This document shows positions 55,472 through 64,000 of a DNA stretch of 64,000 nucleotides, in pieces. The position numbers were made by a program, and so were the translations under genes. Location of the stretch: assembly GCA_964035575.1 (NCBI GenBank), contig OZ037840.1, forward strand, positions 806,001 to 870,000, read 5' to 3'. The first letter of the stretch is position 1. Every line of letters starts with the position of its first letter. Below the pieces are notes generated by a model. That model had not been told where the DNA came from, ran no database searches, and saw nothing but the letters and a program-made list of their open reading frames with translations. The stretch is from Rhynchopus sp. YZ270_cl-10 (Eukaryota).

Positions 55472-56642
55472 CCACCCACCTCTCGGGTTTTGCTGTTGTG
55501 GGGAAAATGGTATTTCTTTGTGCGCACATCAAGGCACATTCCTTCGCAAAATTCTTCTTTTTTTTTTAGACTTTTTTTTTTCTTGATGGAGGTTTAAAAA
55601 GGATGACTGAGCACAGCTTAGGTTCATCTGAAGACCTTTTCTTTATTGTTTTTTTCTTCTTTTTTTTTTGTTCCCACCCCCCCCGCTTCCTCTTCTCTAA
55701 AACAAAATAATGGTGAACGCGCATCTCACAGGGTTTCCACGCTACTTCGATGACAGAAGATGCGTGACTGCAAATTGGGGGATTTTTTTTTTATTTCATC
55801 ATTCTGTTCGTTTAGAAAAGAATGAAGAAATTATGAAAAAAATCATTTCAGTATTTTGTTCGCAAGATGACTAAGCGCGAGAGGCTTAGGGTCATATGCG
55901 AGTCAGCATGCGAGAATCATTTTCGCTCACGTAGAAGATTTTGGTCGTGCGAGAACGAGCGAGAATTGTGCGAGAGAATTTTTCGCCAGACCAAAATAGT
56001 GCGAGAATGCGAGAAATGCGGCTCGCATCGAGTGTATGCTTAGAGTCATCTTAAAAAAACTTTTCTTTGTGTTGCCTCACTCGAACACAGCTCAAACAGC
56101 GGAGAAACACAAACAAAAATTTGCAGAGCGATAAAACGAAACGCGTCGTTTTTTTTTTCCTCCCTTTGTTTTCTATGGTATTCAGTTATATCCTGAAGTC
56201 AGATTCTATTGTCCCCCATAAAGCAAAGCATCAACAACAATACGAGATTATTTTTCAATCACCTCTACACCTCTCCCCTCCCCCTTAACCCTTTACGGAC
56301 CGGAGCCATTTAAAGTGCCGCGGCTAATCCCGCAAAAAATTGTGGGGTGTACCAAAGGCAACACACATCCACACCCAGTGTCACATCATTTCACCACATT
56401 TCACCACATCACAACACCTTGCCCAAATCCTCCAAACCCTCCCAAAATGCCGCTTAAACCTCAAAACAGAAAAAAAATCAACCCCCAAGACACACACTTC
56501 CCCCTATATAATATGCCTAACTCTTCGCCATAACCTTCGTTTTCTTTCTTTCTCTTTCTCCTCTCCCCTTTCTAAAATACCTCATTCCTGTTCTCTCTGT
56601 TTGCGTTCTCCCTCTCTCCCCCTCCTTTGTATTTCTCCTAAA

Positions 56643-59600
56643 ATGCGGTGGTTTTTTGCCTTGCTATGTGTATACATGGTAGAAGCGTTAGTGGACTCAC
56701 AGCAGGTTATGAGAAGTGCTGAAGTGACGCAAGCTGATCAATGCATCTGGAAGGAACTGGATCTGCTCCCAGAATGCGCGGTCATCCGCAACCTTCAACC
56801 ATTAGGGGACACAACGATCACCCCGACGGATGTACAGCAGATCTGCAGTTTTTGCCTCAAGGCGGTTACCCATTTTCTTTCAACCAACGATCTTTCTGTT
56901 TGCTCCCAATTTCTTACGTGGACTTCCACTATTACTAAGGCATGCACGAAATCGGATCTCATTGATATTCCTTGCCCAGATCTTACCTCCGCTGGGTGTG
57001 CGCAACTTCATGACCTAGGGTTGTTAACGTGGAAGGATAGCAAGCCTGATGTTCCTATTCCGGTTGGAACGATAAAGGTGTATTGTGATCAATGTGTTGC
57101 GGTCATGGGAATGGATTTGACACCGTGCCCTGCGGAGAAGGCGTTTGATAAGGCGCTACGTGCTGCGTGCACTTTGGTGCAAGCGTCGTACTGCTTTAGG
57201 AAGGAATATCCAAAGGCGTTTCCCTCCTCTCCTTGCGGCGCAACGATAGCAGCATACGGAATGTACGGTGCAGTGATGCCGAGCAACGTAGTCACCACAA
57301 CCTGCGGGGAGTGTCTTCCGTTTGTTCAGGACAACTATGATGCCTGGAATCCACAGTGTGCGACAACGTCGAAGCGTTCGGTCGTTACCGTCGCAAAGTC
57401 GCAATGTATCACCGGAGATGCAAAATGTACCGCAGATTTTCTGCTTCGCATACCCGGCTGTGAGGCGCTGGCATCTATTTTGCTTGGTCTGAACGCTTTT
57501 ATGACGCAGCCTGACTGCACAGCGTGTCTTTCTGTCGCGATTCGACAGGTTTCGAATAGCGATCGGGCGTCGTGCGCTACTATTGAGGCGACCCTCGCGC
57601 AGCTGCAGGTGGAATGTCTCGCAGGGGGCTTTCTTGACATAAAGTGCTCTGTGCTGTACGCCTGGCTGGACAGCAACCATTCCTACGTCCCGCCCCCGAG
57701 AAACAGCTCCTCCACGCTGTCGGTGACCCTCACCCTCCCCTCCGTCACCATAACCGAGACCATCTCCTCCGTCCCAGGGGTGCTCACCGCCGCCCCTGCA
57801 GTTTATCAACCCCCAGGGCCCTGCAAGGACCCACTCTCATGCAGTTGTGCCTTTGCGATGAAGGACAGCTTTTATCAAAAATGGCGTTTCTATTTACAAA
57901 AATGCGGCACTACACCTGTTGCCACACGAATCAAATGCACCTGCGGAATGATCAAAACAAAACTCTATGATACGGTCCCTACTTGCAATGGAGTGTTGGA
58001 TCGGCCAAATCTATTTTCCTTATGCTCTGACTGCCATCCGGAGCTTGGGTTGATCGCCCCCATCCTGCAAGACTATGACACCTGCACTAAGAGCAGCGTA
58101 GGCGCGGCGACCCTTCGCGGAATTAACGCTACCTGCCAAGAAGGAGGCATAGGTCATGCCATCTGCCCAGATGCCATTCTCGCCGCAGCGGCAACCCAGC
58201 ATTGCGAAGGCACCTTTGACCGTCTTATCGAATCCTCCCTCCGTTCCACTGTCGTCACGCAAACCATCTTCCGCGACTGGGTCTGCGCGAACAGTACCCG
58301 CTGCCCTGACAACATCCTCCAAAACCCTTCTTTGACAGACTCTCTCAAAACCTGTGGGATTGATGTCGGGAAAGAACGCGCTGTGTGCCTCTGCTGGCCG
58401 CTCCGTAAGAAGATTCTTGCGACAACCAACTGTGAAGTGCTTCTGAACGACCAATGGAAAATGTCGGAGTTAAACTATTCTAAACTCTGCCTAAAATGCC
58501 TGAAAGACATTCAAATCTATGGGAGTCTGGTGTCTGAATATGGTACCTGCATGGGGTGGGGGCACTACTATGCTTCTGACCTTGCAGGGAATGTCAACAC
58601 CATTTGCGCGCAACGCTACCTCGGTGTAGGTGGGTATGTGTCACATAGTCCGGCAGTTTCTGCTTGCCATGCTCGCCAGGATGGTGCCTCCAGCTGTACC
58701 CCTGCTCGGCTTTGTGATATAGAACGTTACGTCCCCCCCTGCTCGCTTGCCTATCAAGATAGGGGGTGGCGAGCGCAAGGATCAGGAAACCTTGCAACAG
58801 TGTGCACATCATGTGTCATCCCTTTGCTTGAGGCGTTTGCGCAAAATGCGTTGGGGGTGCAGACCCCTCTTGGCGGAGCGGTGGTGAGACTGCAGGAGTG
58901 CAACGCAGCTTGGGGTGCTGTGGAGCTGCAGGCAACGTGCCAGCACTCTGCGGATGTGTGCACAGCGTACCCTGATGGGTGCACCAGCTTGCAGGTCGCG
59001 GAGGGCACCTCTGGGTGTGATGTGCAGGTGTTGGAGGAGAGGGGGCAACGTTGGTCCCGCTGCCTTGCCTCGACCCCAGGGGACCAATGTAGCTGTACCC
59101 GCGACTTCCTTGCAGGGATGAGTGAGGGCTGCACAAACCATTCGATTCTCGTGGCCTGGCTCTGCACGGTGAGGCAGCAGGGCTGCAGTGGTGTGCCGTA
59201 TCCGCCAGGGGTGGGTGCTGCGGAGTGTGCGTTGTTGATCCCAACGTTGGGGTATGTTGCTGGTTTGGGAATTATTTTTGCTACAAGAGAAAACCGAATG
59301 GAGTAGGAACGCAAACGAGCTTTTATTCATAATGTTTTATTCTCCCCCAAAATCTCATGAAGAAATACCATTTGATCTGCACCCCCCTTTCCCACCTCCC
59401 ACAGATACAACACCCACGGACTGCACACCCAGTACGCGCTCTGCTCCCGCCCCACCGTCGACAAGCTCTACTCTGATGCCGCTGTGTGCCTCGACTTCGC
59501 CAACTCGGTATGCCCCGTTTCTCCTTTTTGGATATCCACAAGCATAGGCAGTTCTGTTCCCCCAGAAAGGCCATTGGTAGCCAAGCCTAAAAGGTTGTTT

Positions 59601-62600
59601 AATAGCCTATTCTTCACCATCCTCCACAGAACGACACCTGCGCCTGCATTAATGCGACCATCCAGGCACTTCCTGTTGCGTGCCATTGGGGCGAGACGCG
59701 TCAGGACATCACACGGGTGTCGTGTCTGGCTCAGGGCCGCTGCCCTGCTGCTGTCGCGGTATCTGAGTGCGAGGTGCTGCTGACAGAGTACGACACTGAG
59801 GTGGCGACACGCCCGCTGCAGGAGCGGATATTTAGGGCGAGTTTGTGTAGCGCTGGGATGGCGAAGGTGGCGGCGTACATGGTGGCAACGCTGTGGGACG
59901 CATGCACCAACATCGACAAATGTGTGTGCATGGACGCAGTGCACCGTGCAATGAAGACCCTCCGCTACTGCGCGTACGGCGCACCCGAGTGGGAAACCCT
60001 TCGCTGCATTGCCCACCTGCACTGTGCGCCACGCTTTCCGAACCGCTACACACCACCCGACATGCCAAGCAAATGTCAGCTCCTCACACACAACCCCACC
60101 ATCGCGCATGAGCAGAACGACTACATAGCCTCAGGCGCGCCGTTGCTCCGTGCGCCGGTCTGTGAATGGACCAATATCAACGCAACGTACACCAGGTTTC
60201 TTTCCTGTTTGCAGGAAACTGCGGTGACGCGAGAGGGGAGGTGCCATTGTGTGGTGCTGTTTTCGTTTCAGATTCCGCTTCCGTGCAGGATGCAGCCGAG
60301 TCTTGCGTGGAATCATGCTCGGTGTTTGGCGTCTGACCTAGGGTGCACAGCGTTGCCGATGTTGCAGACGCAGTCGTGCGATACGATGTACGCACTGCTC
60401 CAAGTGCAACCAGACTTCCCCCTCGTCTCCCGCTCCGAATCAGAAATCAACACCGTCGAGCAACAGATCCGAGAGGTACCAGATCGGTGTCTGCTTTCCT
60501 CGCAGCCTTCTCATGCCATCACAGCGTGCTATACCCAGGGCGCTTCGGCCCCGGACCCGACGTTGGTGAAGATAAATATTTTAATGTGCTCTTGCATCAT
60601 GACGACGTACTTCGACATGGTGCCCTGCGCGCCTTGGCAGCCCTTTGCGCTGGAGGAGCTGCGCTGCATCGCTAAGGAATGGGACTGCTACGGCGTGCCC
60701 CTCCCGCTGACGAAGTGCGCCTCCGTCGCGGGCACGCTTCTGACAAACCCTTCCGTCGCTCCGTGCATGGCGGTCGACAAAATCCTTCGCAAACACACCA
60801 TTCTCGACACCTGTGTGGCATTGGACCACTTCCGTGCGTTCATCCCATACATCTGCCGCTACTCCAGCATCACCTCGGAGGACTACCAAGCTAGCTTATG
60901 CCGTTCCGCTCAGTTGGGATGCGCATTGACAGAGATTCCAATGCTAAAATGCACCCGATTTTTGAACGACAAAGGGCACACCATTGCGTTCGAAGCTGCG
61001 AGACGATCACGACAGCTTCTGGCATCGGTGGCGAAGGAGTGTGCTCCTGTGTTTCTCATGGCGTCGCACGAACGCACCGTCGCATCCTCCTGCAACGGCC
61101 GCTGTGGCGACATGCTCAGCGAGCTGCAAAACGCGCTTCTCTCCGGCGCCTCTTCAGACAACAAATGGTACGTGAAATACCTCGTCGCGGCATGTGTCCG
61201 AAACAACAACCTGCTCCCCGTCTTCGTCGCTCTGCGCACCTCGCACCACCAGATACAACACATCGATGTGGACACCCCAATCGCCTTGGGCAACGTCCCT
61301 CACTTCATTGGCCGTCGCGTTCGCGGTGCGCTTCTTGGCAGCTGGCCTGGACCGAAGGGGGAAGTGCAGATGCCGACATCCCCCTCCGCCAATGCCATGA
61401 GGTCTGTCTGCAGCGCGCAGTACGTCCGCGCCTTAGGCATACTAGCAGGTTATGTTCTTGTGGATGCACAGCTCGAACTCTGCTCTCAAATGATCTCCTC
61501 TACAACGCAACGGAAAATGTGCGCCTTCGAGAAACACCTCTGGCATGACACCATACCTGCGGGGGTCGACGCGCAATGCAGTTCACGGTGTTACAACAAG
61601 GTGGTGCAAAGTGTAGGAAAGCGCGCCGGACCTGCTCTCGAGAGCGCTAGCAAAGCTGCGCTTGCGTTAACCTGCAAACGCGACCCTCTCACAAGCACGC
61701 TCTGTATGGGTGCGATCTCTGCTAACCTTGCTGGGGTGGGAGGAACGGTGGGCACAACGTTCTATGACGGGACGTACCCTATAAAGCTCTGTCGCCATGC
61801 GCTCGCCGCGTTTGAACAGTGTAGGAGAGGAGGGGACGTTCACCTCTGTGACTGCGTCCGAGCATTAAGCCGCGCCGAGCCGAACAGCGCATGCCTCGTC
61901 CACGAAAACGTCGCTCCAACCACACTATGCCTTCTAAACAACCTCTTCCCTTGTGTTCACACCGAATTTAAGTTGGCATATTCGAAATATTGCACACCAT
62001 CCATGGCATTAGACATGACCTGTCGTGAGCATATATGGAACCCTCAAATGCGGTGTACAGAAAGCTGTATACAACGTTTTCATAAATACTCTGAAACCTG
62101 GGGGTGTTGTGCCGGGGTATATAATGCATATTTGCAGACGAAAGGGCGGGGGTCGCTTGACAATGTCGCCAACGCCTGCAAAATCCAATTCGGAGGGACC
62201 TGTCCGGACACAGAATACCCAGATGGATTTACCGGGAGGATTGTGATTGACGCCGATATCACGGTTTTCCGCGCCTACGAGGCAGAGTTGATTGCTGCTG
62301 CGAGATATGATGTTGTGACCACTCTAGGGCTTGTCGACTCCAACATCGTTGCAACCGCAGTCGGTACTGTCGATATTCAATTCGCCCTCAAAGAAAATGA
62401 GCAAACCTTATCTCGAGATGCCATCACCCTTCAGGCAGCAGGTGGCGTTTTTCTATCCAACGAAACCACCCAAGAAGTTTCCATCGTCTTCCTCGTAAGA
62501 GGGGAACGGCGTGGCGAAGCGGACACTCTAAGAAGGGATTTTCAGTCCTTCGTCACAACAGGGTTTCCAATGGGTCGTCTTGAGGAGGTGTACCTCAAAA

Positions 62601-62803
62601 GGGCGGCTCGGAATTTCTTGGTCAGCACTCATCTCAGTCTCGTCTCGACGACGGTACGACCGTTCAACTACTTTCAAAAGAACATCACAATTGGCCTCGA
62701 TGACACCGATACTGTTGCATATGAGCTTACCCCGTTTGATGCATGTGGCATGTTATCACCAGGGATGGCAGTCACCTTGACGCTCTTCGTTTTGTTAATC
62801 TGA
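56643..62803 (+). CDS. Large cysteine-rich secreted/surface protein (~1961 aa); join(56643..59251,59405..59507,59630..62803)
   Basis: Signal peptide MRWFFALLCVYMVEA. Introns 59252-59404 (GTATGT..ACAG, phase 2) and 59508-59629 (GTATGC..ACAG, phase 0) join the frames without stops. Hydrophobic C-terminus MAVTLTLFVLLI with no cytosolic tail. Confidence 0.88.
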
Positions 62804-62875
62804 TAATGGTGTGGGGGGAAAGAAGAGAATTATGGGGGGGGGTATAATTTTTTTTTTATTTTTTGCATGGCTTCA

Positions 62876-63014
62876 TAAATATATTGAATATCGTCAATAT
62901 ATTGATTTGGTGATGAATATTATTGATTGAATATTGAAAGTGTCAATAATATTGACTGAAAACTGTCAATATTTCAATAATATTGAAATATTGATCATAT
63001 TATTGAATATTGAC
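62876..63014. repeat. AT-rich patch of ATATTG/CAATAT repeats
   Basis: About a dozen (A)ATATTGA/TCAATAT motifs in 140 bp. Confidence 0.7.
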
Positions 63015-63050
63015 GTTGCAGTGCCTGCTTTTTCCTTGAGGGGGGGCCAT

Positions 63051-63284
63051 AGCTGAGAATAAGACTTGGGGACCCGGGACCCGGTTATTCTCAGTGGGAC
63101 TGGGCACAATATGTCGAAAACGCTGTGAAAACGCCTGAAAGCGGGTCAGGGACCCGGGCGCGGGAGGGTGGGGCATGGATGGAGGGGTATTCCCAGTCCC
63201 TAGGACTGGGACTGTACCCAGTGCCCAGTACCCGTCCTAGTTCTAGTCCTGGGACAGTACCCGGGACCCGGCTTATTCTCAGCT
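63051..63284. mobile_element. MITE-like element with GGGACCCG subterminal repeats
   Basis: 13-bp TIR AGCTGAGAATAAG / CTTATTCTCAGCT. No TSD seen. Confidence 0.6.
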
Positions 63285-64000
63285 CCCTTCCAGCCACAGA
63301 GTGGAGAGGCAAAGGGTCAAACTTTTCTGTTGAAGCCATGTGCGCAATATTTCAAAGATTGTGCCATAAATCGCACATTGTTACCGCCAAACTATATCAT
63401 AGATAGGGTAGAGCTGCGGGCTACCGCTCGTAATTCCTAAACACTTGTGTTTAGGTTTTTAAGGTTGCTGCCCTCCCAGTACCCTCCTGGTGCACCCACC
63501 CGAAAATGCACCAAAGTGTAAGATTTTTTCGGCGTTGGAAAGATTGGGCCTCAAAAATGCGGATCACCAAATCAGATCTGTGAGAGATTTGTTTTTACTT
63601 CCTATTTTCGTGTCACGAGTTTACGTGGGAAATGCTTTAGAAACGTGCGTTCCTTAAGTACCCTATGGGCAAAACAGGCGTTTTTCACCAAAAACCGGGA
63701 TTTTCGCCTTTTTGGGTGGTTTTTTGGGCCATACCCGGCTATATGGACTGGGAAACGCGATTCTGGGGTGCTAGAACCAGGTCTAGGCCGCACAGGGGTA
63801 CTTCTGTGGGCAAAAACAACCCACAAAACCATGCACTGCGTTGTGTTCTGTGACCATTCAGGTGTTTTAGCTAGTCGTAGTGTACGAGGCGTTGCGATCG
63901 ATTTGGTTTCGTTCTCGCTCATCAACCACACGAGCTAGCAAAAAATATTTAGGATTCACAAAACCAAATTTTGTCCGCGCCGCAGGCGCACGGTGCGCTA

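Larger units (their letters stand above)
51141..55560 (+). repeat. Satellite-like tandem array of a ~450-600-bp unit (7 copies here, 1 outlier ~46238-46556), interrupted by MITEs
   Basis: Core TTGCGGAGCTCCCCCAGCCGCCCCAACGTGACATAGCGAAGAAAT at ~46328, 51268, 51870, 52427, 53034, 53468, 53983 and 54586. Confidence 0.93.

Noticed and set aside
55888..56037. GCGAGA-rich MITE-like insert in the hairpin motif
   Set aside because: An insertion is evident, but TIR and TSD boundaries could not be fixed, so it is not listed as an element.
56285..56303. Third piggyBac-like end TTAA-CCCTTTACGGACC
   Set aside because: No matching right TIR found in the window; at most a remnant.
56340..56642. N-terminal ORF extensions (also 37741-37851, 42270-42494, 22461-22505)
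   Set aside because: They rely on non-ATG starts or run through pyrimidine-rich and CA-rich upstream tracts. Better ATGs lie downstream.
63407..64000. Start of another TIR element at the window end
   Set aside because: It shares the GCGCCGCAGGCG motif, but the other end is outside the window, so it cannot be supported.

Overview
Eukaryotic, protist-type genomic DNA. It is most likely a diplonemid/euglenozoan; this is an inference from the all-plus-strand host gene array, rare GTATG..CAG introns with C/A-rich acceptors and kinetoplastid-style adenylate cyclases. Eleven host genes lie on the + strand: a 4-domain EEEE voltage-gated channel with EF-hands and a PDZ domain, a ubiquitin-like/LRR protein, two receptor-type adenylate cyclases (plus a decayed third copy), a spliced bile-acid/Na+ symporter, a twice-frameshifted ankyrin-ART-NACHT-pentapeptide-WD40 gene, a tandem PH-like protein, two Ubl/beta-propeller paralogues, a mitochondrial carrier and a 3-exon Cys-rich surface protein. 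The intergenic DNA is packed with non-autonomous DNA transposons (hAT-, piggyBac-, Harbinger-, MULE- and Tc1-like, many with visible TIRs and TSDs), microsatellites and a satellite-like array. The most notable signal is three hammerhead-ribozyme cores of two dissimilar sequences. Both fold into the same non-circularly permuted, pseudoknotted topology, with the cleaved strand nested inside loop II. Two of them sit in 339-bp direct repeats 1580 bp apart, a retrozyme-like layout. Several other dispersed hairpin motifs show compensatory base changes. All structural calls were made by eye and none was computed.
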